DNA from: an uncultured delta proteobacterium
GTDB taxonomy: Bacteria; Desulfobacterota; Binatia; UBA9968
DNA: 64,000 nt
Direction: 5' to 3'
Assembly (NCBI GenBank): GCA_963745035.1
Contig: CAVUVW010000027.1
Span: 1-64,000 of the forward strand
Shown here: in pieces, positions 32,282 through 43,655 of the stretch
How the letters are laid out: each line of letters starts with the position of its first letter
Position numbering within the stretch: position 1 is the stretch's first letter
Notes under the pieces: generated by a model
What the model saw: the letters and a program-made list of their open reading frames with translations, nothing else
Databases searched by the model: none
What the model was told of the DNA's origin: nothing
Program-made: the position numbers and the translations under genes

Positions 32282-32764
32282 TTATTGAACGTGTTTGTTT
32301 CGCATCATCGCCGCCGCGTCTTGCACCGCTTGAATGATCTTTGCGTAGCCGGTGCAGCGACAGAGGTTGCCGGAGAGCGCGTAGCGAATCTCTTCTTCGC
32401 TGGGATTTTGGTTTTCATCGAGCAGCGCCTTGGACATCATCAACATGCCGGGCGTGCAGTAGCCGCACTGCGCCCCGCCGTCTTGAATGAATGCCTTCTG
32501 GATCGGGTGCAGCTCGGGACCGATCTTGAGGCCTTCGATGGTGACGATGTCGGCGCCTTCGAGCTCGGCCGAGAGAACCAAACAGGAATTCACCGGCTTG
32601 CCGTTCAAAAAAACCGTGCAAGCGCCGCAGTCGCCGGTGCCGCAGCCTTCCTTCGTGCCCGTTGCGCCGATCTCATCGCGCAAGAGATCAAGCAAGAGAC
32701 GATGGTTCGGGACCTCACGGCTGACGCGCGTGCCGTTCAAGGTAAATTGAATCTGCTTCTTCAT
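32282..32764 (-). CDS. XDH family (2Fe-2S) subunit
   Basis: GCGTGDCGACTV, QCGYCTPG, NLCRCTGY. Confidence 0.95.
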   Translation of the reverse strand: MKKQIQFTLNGTRVSREVPNHRLLLDLLRDEIGATGTKEGCGTGDCGACTVFLNGKPVNSCLVLSAELEGADIVTIEGLKIGPELHPIQKAFIQDGGAQCGYCTPGMLMMSKALLDENQNPSEEEIRYALSGNLCRCTGYAKIIQAVQDAAAMMRNKHVQ

Positions 32765-32781
32765 GGTAACCTCAAATTCAC

Positions 32782-32853
32782 TGGAGTACTGGAGTATTGG
32801 AGTGATGGGTCTCGGATTCTCTTGCCCAACACTCCAATACTTCCATTACTCCA
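32782..32853. repeat. Intergenic inverted repeat built from 8-mer TGGAGT units
   Basis: TGGAGTACTGGAGTATTGGAGTGATGGG ... CCCAACACTCCAATACTTCCATTACTCCA. Confidence 0.75.
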
Positions 32854-32858
32854 TTCTT

Positions 32859-33768
32859 CTAGTATCTTCTTTCGCGCCGCTCGACCCACGACTTCGCTGG
32901 TCCAACGGCGGCGTTGAGAAGCGCCCGCTTGGTCATGACTCCTACCATGGCGCGGCGGTAATCGGCGGAGGAGCGCACGTCGCTGATGGGTTTGCTTTCT
33001 CGCGCTGCTTCGTCGCCTACTTGGGTGGCAAGCTCTTCGGTCAAGAGCTTTACCTTCAAGCAACGCTTCGGAATTCTTGGCTCGGATCGGCGTCGGGGCC
33101 ACCGCGCCGAGCACGATCCTGACCCCGGTACACTTCTTGTCACTGCCAAGATTGTAGGCGACCGCCACGCCGATGTAGGCGAGGTCCATCATGTCGCGCG
33201 GCGAAAATTTGATGTATTCGCCGACCAATTGCGCGCCGGTTTTGGGGATTGTAATTTCGGTCAGGATTTCGTCGGCGCTCATGGCGTTTTGTCCCGGGCC
33301 GCGGAAAAACTCTTCCAGGGACATGGTTCGTTCACCGGCGGTGCCGGCGATCTTCGCCGTCGCGTTGAGCGCGATCAGGGTCGGCGCCACGTCGGCAGAC
33401 GGCGTAGCGTTGGCCATGTTGCCGCCAATGGTGGCGCGGTTGCGAATCTGGATCGAGCCGACTTCGGCGGCACTTTGAGCGAGAAAAGGATACTTCTTTG
33501 TGATCACGGGCGAGGTCTCGATCGCGTACATGGTCGTCAGCGCGCCGATGGCGATGCTGCCGTCGTTGTTCTCGCGAATGCCGCTCAGTCCCGGCACGCG
33601 TTTGAGATCGACGATGTATTTCGGCAGCAAGCCTTTTTCTTTCATCGCGATGACCAAGTCGGTGCCGCCGGCAAGAAAGCGGCCGCCGGGGCCGTTTTCT
33701 TTGAGCAGCCGGCTGGCCTCTGCAAGAGTCGCCGGTTGGTAAAAATCAAATGGCTCTGTGCGTTTCAT
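32859..33768 (-). CDS. XDH family FAD-binding subunit (frameshift near 33040)
   Basis: LAGGTDL, QIRNRATIGGN, GAVAPTP, DVRSSADYR. Confidence 0.93.
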
Positions 33769-33780
33769 AAACAAAAAGAC

Positions 33781-33810
33781 TGTAGGGGCGACCGGCCGGT
33801 CGCCCCTACA
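33781..33810. repeat. GTAG-type REP-like perfect palindrome
   Basis: TGTAGGGGCGACCGGCCGGTCGCCCCTACA equals its own reverse complement. Confidence 0.85.
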
Positions 33811-33837
33811 AATAATCACTCCTGTTGTTGCCGGCCG

Positions 33838-35208
33838 TTAAATAAGCGGCTTGAGCGCTTTGCCGATCGCCTTGCCGCAGGGCTCGCCGTCTCGCATCTG
33901 GACGTGGCCGCGCACGACGGTCAACACCGGCATGCCTTTGACTTTCCAGCCATGCCACGGCGACGGTTTGTTCTTGCTGTGGAGTTTGTTGACGTCGATG
34001 GTGCCTTCCTTGTCCATGTCGACGACCGTGATGTCGCCGTCCGAGCCGAGCCGAATTGCGCCCTTCTTCGGATAGACCTGCCAAACTTTCGCCGGGTTCT
34101 CGGAGGCGACTTTCACATACTGGTTGAGGGTCAAGCGGCCCTTGTTCACTTCAGTCAAGATCAACGGCACGCCGGTTTCAACCCCGCAGAATCCGGAGAT
34201 GCAATCCCAGATCGCCGGCTTCGTGAGCTTGCCGTAAATGTCGGAGCCTTTCTCATCCAAGGTGTGCGGCGAATGATCGGTTGCAAGTGTATCGACGTAA
34301 CCTTCGCGCAGACCTTGCCAAAGAACTTCCGCATGGTCCTGGGTGCGGACCGGCGGATTCATCTTGAGCAGCGAGCCGACTTTGTCCATGTCGTTCGGTT
34401 CGCGCAGGAGATAGTGCGGGCCGGTTTCGGCCGTGACTCTCAAGCCGCGCGCCTTGGCGTCGCGCACCATGTACGCCGCCTGCTTCGAGCTCATATGGAA
34501 GACGTGCAGCTTGGTGCCGAAAGTTTCGGCGAAGAAGAGCGCGTGGTGCACCGATTCCGCCTCGCAGATATCCGGCCGGGAGGCTTCCCAGTAGCGCGCC
34601 TCGTTCTTGTTTTCCTGTTTCAGTTTGTTGGTGCAGTAGGCCATGATCTGGCGATTCTCGGCATGGATGCCGAGCGGCAGCTTCGACTGCGCGATGTAGT
34701 CGAAGGCTTCCATGCACATGCCGTCGTCGGGGAAGGGAAGATTGCCGATGGTTTCGCCGAAGAAGATCTTGTAGCCGATGGCGCCGGCGGCGGCCATGGG
34801 GAGAATGTCTTTGGTGTTCGTTTGCACGACGACGCCGGTGATGCCGAAATCGACCAGCGATTTGGCTTCGCCCAGTTCCTTCTTGACCTTCACCTGCTCG
34901 GCGTCGGACGTCGGCGGCACCGTATTCGGCATGTCGACGACCGTGGTGATGCCGCCGCAGACCGCCGCGGTCGATCCGGTGGTGAAATCTTCCTTGTGGG
35001 TCATGCCGGGTTCGCGGAAATGAACGTGGCCGTCGAAGAGGCCCGGCAGGATATGCTTGCCTTTGACGTCGATTTCTTCTTTGCCCTGAGGCAGTGAATC
35101 GTCCGCGCCGATGGCGACGATCTTTTCGCCGCTGATGGCGACACCGCCTTTGAACGTCGCGTCGGGTGTCACCACCCAACCATTTTTAATAACCAAATCT
35201 GCTGCCAT
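33838..35208 (-). CDS. Cyclic amidohydrolase (allantoinase/dihydroorotase/dihydropyrimidinase family)
   Basis: DGHVHFREPG, DMPNT, HAEN, KMNPP, TDHSPH. Confidence 0.92.
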   Translation of the reverse strand: MAADLVIKNGWVVTPDATFKGGVAISGEKIVAIGADDSLPQGKEEIDVKGKHILPGLFDGHVHFREPGMTHKEDFTTGSTAAVCGGITTVVDMPNTVPPTSDAEQVKVKKELGEAKSLVDFGITGVVVQTNTKDILPMAAAGAIGYKIFFGETIGNLPFPDDGMCMEAFDYIAQSKLPLGIHAENRQIMAYCTNKLKQENKNEARYWEASRPDICEAESVHHALFFAETFGTKLHVFHMSSKQAAYMVRDAKARGLRVTAETGPHYLLREPNDMDKVGSLLKMNPPVRTQDHAEVLWQGLREGYVDTLATDHSPHTLDEKGSDIYGKLTKPAIWDCISGFCGVETGVPLILTEVNKGRLTLNQYVKVASENPAKVWQVYPKKGAIRLGSDGDITVVDMDKEGTIDVNKLHSKNKPSPWHGWKVKGMPVLTVVRGHVQMRDGEPCGKAIGKALKPLI

Positions 35209-35242
35209 TGTCTTTCTTTCCTCCTTCTTTGATTTCCAATAT

Positions 35243-35966
35243 CTAACCGTCGCTGGCCACAGCCCGCAGCCCGCGCATCGCTTGCCGCTGCTCAAGATCA
35301 GCCATGACATTTTTCTTGCCCGCTTGAATGTGATTGCGCAGGATCGCCACCGCCTGCCCCGCATCGCGCCGCTCCATGGCTTCGAGCAGACATAAATGCT
35401 CCTGATGCGCCGACATCCCGCGCGCCGGATCATACAAACCGTCGGTCCGGCGCTTGAGCACGATGCGCTCGAACACGTGGCTCAAAGTGTTTTTGAGCGT
35501 CTCGTTACCGGTAAGCTCGGCGATCGCAAGATGGACGTCCTGATCATAAATTAAGCGCTCGCGCGTGAATCGGTTTTGCACGTCCAGGCCGTAAACGTTC
35601 ATCTTCTCCCGCAGCTCGCGAAGCGCCGCATCGGAGACGGTTTGCGATGGCTTTCTCCACTGCGAAAGCTTCCAAGGCTTCACGGAGCTCATAGAGCTCT
35701 TCCGCCTCTTGCATTCTAATTTCTTTGCAGGTAAAACCGCGATTCGGTAGAAAGGAAACGTATCCTTCCTGGACAAGCCGAGTCAATGCTTCGCGAATAG
35801 GCGTCCGACTCACGCCGAGACGTTCACTGAGCTGTTGGTGATGCAATTTTTGTCCCGGCATAATCTCGTTGCACAGAATCAGATTCTTAATTTGATTGTA
35901 AACGCGGGCTGAAAGGTTTTCGACGGCGCGCGTTTTGGTTTTGGCTCTCTTCAGCGGGTAAGGCAT
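35243..35966 (-). CDS. GntR (FCD) transcriptional regulator (frameshift near 35640)
   Basis: LGVSRTPIREAL wHTH; FCD His motifs. Confidence 0.9.
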
Positions 35967-36215
35967 CAGCTGGTTTTTTGCATGCAAAAGTTTATGCAAT
36001 GTCGCGAAACCTATCTGATCCAATCTGTGTTGTCAACGAAGGTTACTTTCCGCTTGAAAAATCAAATTAAAATGATAAGAAGCTTCCGACCTGATGGTCC
36101 GAAGGCTACGCGATTGTTGCGCTAAGGAAGAATTTTCAGCGTCGAACGTCGAGAATGGAGCGTCGAGGACTTATTTGTCGGGAATTTATTTCGGGAATTT
36201 ATTTAAGGAGGGATT

Positions 36216-37031
36216 GTGGCACAGACTAAATTACAGGCGATTGGATTGCGGCACGAGTACTACCAGCCGCGAACGGGCGGCAGACTTTTGGCGCTGGACA
36301 ACATCAATCTGCAGGTCGAAGACGGCGAGTTCGTGACCATCGTCGGGCCCAGCGGTTGCGGCAAGACAACCTTTATCAATCTCTGCGACGGCTTGCTCAA
36401 ACCCACCGCCGGAAAGATCATGATCGACGGCAAGCAGATTACGGGCCCGGGAACTGACCGCGGCATGGTGTTTCAGGATTCCTGCCTGATGCCCTGGCGC
36501 ACGGTGTTCAAGAACGTGATCTTTGGTCTCGAGTGCCAAAAACTCGATAACGGCGAAGGGCAGGCGCGCGCCAACAAGTTCATCAAGCTGGTCGGTTTGC
36601 AAGGATTCGAAGAACACTACCCGCACGAACTTTCCGGCGGTATGCAGCAGCGCTGCAATCTGGCGCGCGCTCTCACGGTCGATCCCAAGATCCTGATCAT
36701 GGACGAGCCGTTCGCCGCTCTCGATGCGCAAACGCGCGAAATCATGCAGGCGGAGTTGCTGCGTATTTGGAGCGAGGCCAGGAAAACGATGCTTTTCATC
36801 ACTCACCAGATCAACGAAGCGATCTATCTGGCTGATCGAGTGATCGTGTTCGGCGCGCGCCCAGGAAAAGTCAAAGAAATGATCAAAATCGACCTGCCGC
36901 GGCCGCGCGAACTGTCGATCAAGCGCGATCCCATGTTCTTGCAATATGAAGACAGCTTTGGAACTTGATCGAAGAAGAGGTCAAGAAGACCATGGTCGCA
37001 AGACCAGATCGTGCACAACATCAACAACTAG
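36216..37031 (+). CDS. NitT/TauT-type ABC ATP-binding protein (3' end reconstructed across frameshifts)
   Basis: GPSGCGKT, LSGGMQQR, MDEPFAALD, DLPRPR. Confidence 0.88.
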
Positions 37032-37033
37032 CA

Positions 37034-38751
37034 GTGTCGGATCAGGAGTTAGCACATGGGGAGTCGTTCAATTCCCAATCCCTGATTCTAATCGGCTGTA
37101 CAGCTTTCGTCCTATATCTTGCGGGGATTCCGCTTCTGATGCTGCTTTACGGCAGCATCAGAAGCGCACCCATTGGCGAGCCGGGCGCGACTTACACGAT
37201 TCAGAATTACATCAAGGCGTACTTCGATAAGGAGTTCTATCTCCTTCTTCTCAATTCGGTCTATTACGCCCTCGGCACTTGCACCCTCACGTTTCTCATC
37301 GGGACGTTTCTCGCCTGGGTGAGCGAGCGGACGAACACGCCGTTCAAAAAACTGTTCATCGTCATGTCCTTGATCCCGTTCATTATTCCCGGGATCTTGA
37401 GCACGATTTCGTGGATACTTTTGCTCAGCCCGAAAATCGGCTTGATCAATATTGTCATTAAGGAAGCCTTCGGACTCGAGGCGGCGCCGTTCAACGTCTA
37501 CTCGATGTGGGGAATGATCTGGGCGGAGTCGATTCATCTCTATCCGCTGGTGTTTCTCTTGATGTCGGCGGCTTTCCGCAACATGGATACCTCTTTGGAA
37601 GAGGCGGCCCTCACCGCCGGGTCGAGCACCTGGCAAACTTTTCGGAAGGTGACGCTGCCGCTCATGCGCCCGGCGATGTTCAGCGTGTTGTTGATCAATT
37701 TCATCCGTGGCATCGAGGCTTTCGAAGTGCCGGCGCTGATCGGCGTGCCGGCCAAAATTTCGGTTTTCACCACCAAGATTTTTCTCGCTATTCATCAGTT
37801 TCCGTCCGACTTCGGGCTCGCCGGCGCCTATGCGGTGACGCTTTTGGTGATCAGCACGGTCGGGGTGCTGATTTATGGAAAGATCACGCGCCGGGAAGAA
37901 CGCTACGCAACGGTGACCGGTAAAGGTTATCGGCCGCGGGTGATCGATCTCGGGAGCTGGAAGTACGTCACTCTGGGAATTTCCTTCTTGATATTTTTTT
38001 CTGGCCGTCATCATGCCCGTATTCGTTTTACTCTGGTCATCGTTCATTCCTTACTATGGCGTGCCTTCCATGGAACTGATGCAGAAGATGACCTTTGCCA
38101 ACTATCACTACATCATCAATTATCCGTTGGCGTGGACCGCGTTTAAAAATAGCTTCTATCTGTCCGTGGGCTCCGCGACATTGGTCATGCTGCTGACATC
38201 GGTGATCGCTTGGATCACCGTGAAGACCAAGTTGCCGGGAAGAGGCTTCCTTGACACGATGACTTTTATCCCGATCGCCATGCCCGGGATTGTCTTGGGC
38301 GTGAGCTTGATCTGGGTTTATCTCACTTTGCCCATTCCGATCTATGGAACGATTTGGGTCTTGCTGCTTGGCCTATATGACGAAATACATTCCCTACGGC
38401 ATTCGCGCCGCCTCGGCCTCGATGATTCAGATCAATAAAGAGCTGGAAGAGGCCTCGTTCACCGCCGGTGGAACATGGTTTCAGACTTTTCGGAAAATCA
38501 TTCTGCCGTTGTTGATGCCCGGCTTTACAGCCGGTTGGATCTATATCAGCATCATTGCATTGCGCGAATTGTCCACGTCGATTTTGCTCTATTCATACAA
38601 CAGCACCGTTTTATCGATCATGGCGTTTGATCTTTGGGAAGGCGGCCAGTACACCTATGTCTGCGCTCTGGGCGTGTTGATGGTCTTGCTGCTGGTCAGC
38701 ATGGCTGCCGTCGCGCGCAAGCTCGGCGCCAAAATCGGTATCGCGGAATAA
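37034..38751 (+). CDS. FbpB-like duplicated-domain ABC permease (frameshifts near 38000 and 38370; start uncertain)
   Basis: Two EAA motifs (LEEAA..AG, LEEAS..AG), YATVTGKG linker. Confidence 0.88.
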
Positions 38752-38817
38752 GATACTCGGTTCTGAGTCTGACCGGTCGCCGCTCTCGTTGCGGCTGCGG
38801 GGTCATCTGGAGGAGAA

Positions 38818-39968
38818 ATGGCAGAAAAAAGAGACATGGTGCAAATCGGCGCGCTGGAGAAATATCTTCGGCGAAGACAAGGAACGCGTCCATGTTCTTA
38901 AGGGAGTGACGCTGAACATTCCCGAGGGATCGCTTTACACGTTTCTTGGCCCGAGCGGCTGCGGCAAGACCACAACGCTCCGCTGCGTGGCCGGTTTGGA
39001 GCGTCCGGACGGCGGCAAGATCAGCATCGGCGGGCAGACCGTTTATGCTTCGGGCGAACGGGTCTACGTGCCGACCAACAAGCGGCCGATCGGGATGGTG
39101 TTCCAATCCTACGCCATCTGGCCGCACATGACGGTGGCGGAAAACGTCGCCTATCCGCTGACCATCCAGCGGAAATCCAAGGACGTGATCAAACGCAGAG
39201 TCGGCGATGTTTTGAAAATCGTCGGGCTAGACGGTTTGGAAGATCGTCCGGCGCCTAAACTGTCCGGCGGGCAGCAGCAACGGGTTGCCTTTGCGCGCGC
39301 TCTGATCAACGAGCCGAAAGTCATGCTGCTCGACGAGCCGTTGAGCAATCTCGACGCCAAATTGCGCGTGCAGATGAGATCCGAGATCAAGGCGCTGCAG
39401 CGCAGAACCAATATTACGACCATCTTCGTCACCCACGACCAGGCGGAGGCGTTGGCCATCTCGGACCAGATTGCGGTCATGCACGGCGGGGTGTTGATCG
39501 AAGTCGGCGCGCCGCATCAGCTTTACTCTCGGCCAACTCGCCGCTTCACCGCGACATTCTTAGGTCTCACCAACTTGATCGACGGCAAGATCGTCGAGCT
39601 CGACGGCGATGGCAAGCCGGGAAAGATCCAAACCAAAAAAGGGCTGCTCTCGTTCATCCCGGCGCCGGGACTGAAGAAAGATCAAGCGGCGGTGATATCG
39701 ATCCGGCCGGAGAACATTCCCCTATACAAGGAGAAACCGCGCGATTTCGGAAAACGTTCTGGAAGGCACGGTCAAGGAAGCGGTTTTCATGGGCGACTCT
39801 TATCAGTGTAAAGTCGCGGTGGGAGATGATCTCCTGGCCGTGCATACTCATCCTTTCAACTCCGTAAGCCCTGGAGACAAAGTTTATTTGCAATTGGATC
39901 CCGCGAGTTGCAACGGCTTGCCGGCGGACGATAAAGAGGGTGTTGATGAATCGATGTTGGGGGACTAG
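38818..39968 (+). CDS. PotA/FbpC-type ABC ATP-binding protein (frameshifts near 38865 and 39750)
   Basis: GPSGCGKTT, FQSYAIWPH, LSGGQQQR, DEPLSNLD, TOBE-like tail. Confidence 0.9.
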
Positions 39969-40006
39969 AATGCGCCCAAGCCGAGATTGAAAGGAGACTT
40001 ATTGAA

Positions 40007-41497
40007 ATGACCGCACTAGAGGCTAGGAAACTAGCCGAAGACGAAATGAAAGCCGGGAAAACCCCGAAGTACACCGACCTGCGTGAATGGTTGGAGATCG
40101 TCGACAGCGTCGGCGAACTGAAAAAGATCGATGGCGCCGATTGGAACCTCGAAATGGGTACCCTGGCCGAGCTATTATCCCGCGAAACCAAAAGCGGCTC
40201 CGTGCCGGCGGTTCTATTCGACAACGTCCCCGGTTATCCAAAAGGTTTCCGCACTCTGTTCGCCCAAAACGCTTCGTTCAAACGCATGGCGTTGAATTTG
40301 GGCCTGGACATGAACCTTTCCAGTCTCGATTTGGTGCGCGCCTTCCGCCAAAAGCTCGTGACTCACGAGCCGATCAAGCACAAGGTCGTCACCAAAGGGC
40401 CGATTCTTGAAAACGTCGATTCCGGCGACAAGGTCGACCTGCTCAAATTCCCGGTTCCTTTCATGCACGAATTGGATGGCGGCCGCTTCATCGGCACCGC
40501 TTGCTTGGTGACCACTCGCGACCCCGATGAAGGCTGGGTAAATTTCGGCGCTTACCGCGGCATGGTGCATGACAAAAATAGCATGGGCCTCTACATCTCT
40601 CCCGGCAAGCACGGCAGCATTCAGCGCAACAAGTATTTCGAACGCGGCAAGCCTTGCCCGGTCGTCGTTTCGGTCGGCCAGGATCCGGTGTTGTTCATGG
40701 TTTCCGGTAACGAGATCGACTACGGCGTGTCAGAATTCGATTATGCCGGCGGTCTCAAGGGCGCTCCCATCGAAGTCATCGAAGGCAAATCCACCGGCTT
40801 GCCGTTCGCGGCGCAAGCGGAAATCGTCATCGAAGGTTGGATGGATCCGACCGACCGAAAGACCGAAGGTCCGTTCGGCGAATGGACCGGTTATTATGCC
40901 AGCTCGAGCCGTCCGGAACCGGTGATCCGCGTCGAAAACGTTTATTACAGAAACGATCCGATTCTCTGCTGCGCTCGTCCGGGCCGTCCGCCGTCGGATT
41001 ATTCCATCGCCAAATGCATGGTGAAGGCGGCGTTGATCTGGGAGCAGGTCGAAAAAGCCGGCGTTCCCGATGTCAGAGGCGTATGGTGCCACGAGGCCGG
41101 CGGCGGCCGCCTGTTCAACATCATCTCGATCAAGCAGCGCTATCCCGGCCATGCGCGCCAGGCCATGTTGGTCGCTTCCCAAGTCCATGCCGGCGCGTAT
41201 CTCGGGCGTTACGTGATCGTCGTCGACGAGGACATCGATCCGACCAACACCTTCGACGTGATCTGGGCGTTGGCCAGCCGTTCCGATCCGGTGGAGTCGA
41301 TCGAAATTCTCCGCCGCTGCTGGAGCGGCCCGCTCGATCCGCGCATTCAACCCGGCAAGAAGGGCTTCAACTCCCGCGCGGTGATCGATGCTTGCCGTCC
41401 GTTCGAGTGGATGAAAGATTTCCCGCCGGTCGCCGAGTCTTCGCCTGAGCTGAAGGAGAAGATCTACAACAAGTGGAAGAAGGTTATCGAAGGATAG
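40007..41497 (+). CDS. UbiD family (prFMN-dependent) decarboxylase
   Basis: DLREWL, DGGRFIGT, EGPFGEWTGYY, VDEDIDP, LDP. Confidence 0.93.
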   Translation: MTALEARKLAEDEMKAGKTPKYTDLREWLEIVDSVGELKKIDGADWNLEMGTLAELLSRETKSGSVPAVLFDNVPGYPKGFRTLFAQNASFKRMALNLGLDMNLSSLDLVRAFRQKLVTHEPIKHKVVTKGPILENVDSGDKVDLLKFPVPFMHELDGGRFIGTACLVTTRDPDEGWVNFGAYRGMVHDKNSMGLYISPGKHGSIQRNKYFERGKPCPVVVSVGQDPVLFMVSGNEIDYGVSEFDYAGGLKGAPIEVIEGKSTGLPFAAQAEIVIEGWMDPTDRKTEGPFGEWTGYYASSSRPEPVIRVENVYYRNDPILCCARPGRPPSDYSIAKCMVKAALIWEQVEKAGVPDVRGVWCHEAGGGRLFNIISIKQRYPGHARQAMLVASQVHAGAYLGRYVIVVDEDIDPTNTFDVIWALASRSDPVESIEILRRCWSGPLDPRIQPGKKGFNSRAVIDACRPFEWMKDFPPVAESSPELKEKIYNKWKKVIEG

Positions 41498-41522
41498 TCG
41501 AGACTTCGAATTCAGATAATAG

Positions 41523-41557
41523 AATGGCGGCCGTGCTAGACGGTCGCCATTTTTTTT
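41523..41557 (+). terminator. Rho-independent terminator
   Basis: AATGGCGGCCGT-GCTAG-ACGGTCGCCATT followed by a T run, after ubiD-like gene. Confidence 0.8.
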
Positions 41558-41643
41558 GGCCATGCGGGCGCAGCGAATCGAGGACTATTTCAAATTTCTT
41601 CGTTGTGGCGCAGAGAAGCGGTCGCAGATCTCTCGCTGCGATT

Positions 41644-43571
41644 TTACAGACTTCGACCTCGTGGCCGGCTGCTTGCAGTTTTCGTCTGAGTCATTGTGGT
41701 TGCGCTGCGACCTGCGCCGCTTGCGGCGCGGCGCTTGATGAGTTGGGTCACGATTACCATGGCCCCGAGGCCGCCCCCTGCCAGGTCGGTCCAAATTCCA
41801 GGAAAAACGAGGCATATTCCACCACCGATGAGCAATGCTCGCTGCCAGTAGGAAGCGGCGGTGAGGAAATAGCCGTGCAGTCCGCCGGCGAACAGCGCGA
41901 TGCCGACCGTGGCCGTCGCAAAGCTCCATACGATGGTCGGCCAGTCGCCGATCATCAATAACGCGGGCTGATAGACGAACATGAAGGGGATGATGAAACC
42001 GGCGGCGCCGATTTTCATGGCGGCCCAGCCGCTGTCCCACATGTCCGCTTTTGCCAGGCCGGCGGCGGCGAATACCGCGAGCGCCACGGGCGGCGTGATC
42101 GCCGAGAGAATCGCGTAATAAAAGGCGAACATATGCGCCGCCGGCTCGATGACGCCGAGCTTCATGATGCGCCGGGATGAGCAACGCGGTGAGGACGATG
42201 TAAGAGGGGGTGGTAGGGAGGCCGGTACCGAGCACGATGGCCGCAAGCATCGTCATGAACAGCGCGATAAAAAGGGTGTTCTGCGCCAGCGCGACGACCC
42301 ATTGGGTAAAGACGATACCCAGCCCCGACAGAGTAACCACGCCGATCATGATGCCGGCGGAAGCGCAGGCGAGCGCTACCGGGAGCGAATTCTTTGCGCC
42401 GTCCACCATCGCCTCGATGACGTTGGAGAGCGTGACAGTGATCGCGCGTCGACTTGCGCAGAGCGGCCGCCGGGAAGCAGGCGAGCGTTCCGGCAAGCGC
42501 GGCGAGCGGCGCGCTGTAGCCCGAATACATGACGGCTAAAAGTATGATGATCGGCAAGAAGAGGTGTCCGCGCTCTGCCACGACCACGCCGAGCTTTGGC
42601 AGCTCCGAGCGGGGCACGCCGACGATGCCGCGGCGTTTGGCCTCGAAGTGGACCGCGCCGAAGCAAGCGACGTAGTAGAGAATGGCGGGGATGATCGCCC
42701 AGATCACCACTTGCCTGTAAGGAACGGCAAGGAACTCAGCCATCACGAAAGCAGCGGCGCCCATGATCGGCGGCATGAGCTGGCCGCCGGTCGACGCGGT
42801 CGCTTCGACGCCGGCGGCGAAATGCGGCGGAAATCCCGAGCGCTTCATCAGCGGGATCGAGATCGGTCCGTCGACCATGACGTTGGCGACCGCGCTGCCG
42901 GAGATCGTGCCGAACAGGCCGGAGCTGATGACCGAGACTTTGCCGGGACCACCGGCGCTGTAACCGGTCAGCGCCATGGCAAAGTCCATGAACAATTGGC
43001 CGATGCCCGTCCGCTCCATGAAGCTGCCGAACAGCACGAAAATGATCACGAACGACGCCGACACTCCGAGCGCCTGGCCGAAAATACCCTCCGTCGTCAT
43101 GTAGAGCTGATCGAGCATGCGCATCGGCTCGAGCTTGGCAATGAACAGCCCGTACAGGATGAAAATAATCGAGATGACGGGCAGCGACACATCGACACAA
43201 CGGCGGGTCGCTTCGGTCACCACCACGAGCAGGATCGTGGCGCAGATCATGTCCGAAGCCGTCAGCGCGTCGATGTAATAGATGCGCGTAACGACGTACT
43301 CGTAATTGATGAACAGGTAGAGGAGCGACGCTGCGGCGAGCGCCAGCCACGCGTAATCGATGGCGGTTGGGATCGGCCTTTGGGTGCCTGCCTTGGCGCC
43401 GTAAATCAGGAAGGCTAGAACTAGCGCGAACAGCAGGTGCGTGCCGCGAAAAATGATCGCTTCCGGCTGGCCGGCCAGAATCACCCACATGTGATAGAGG
43501 CCCATGGCGACGGCGGTCACCGTCACCGCAAGACGGGTCAGGGCGGCGTAACTGAAGTGGATCTCTTTCAC
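41644..43571 (-). CDS. TRAP fused 4TM/12TM permease (frameshifts near 42440 and 42170)
   Basis: GGPGKV, GTISGSAVAN, STGGQLMPPIMG, ITPPVALA. Confidence 0.9.
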
Positions 43572-43655
43572 CCGAGCTTCCGGCGCTCTCTTATCGTGCG
43601 CAGGCGAAAATCGCAGCTCATCGGTGTGCCGACAAGCGCGTCGCCGCCGGTTCGG

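Noticed and set aside
32160-32860. Short periodic repeats as a CRISPR array
   Set aside because: Units are 8-9 bp without unique spacers, form inverted repeats, and no cas genes are present
32986-35097. Long antisense ORFs (703 aa here; also 29834-31285 and 57715-59067)
   Set aside because: Shadows of well-supported genes on the opposite strand in GC-rich DNA; no recognisable motifs
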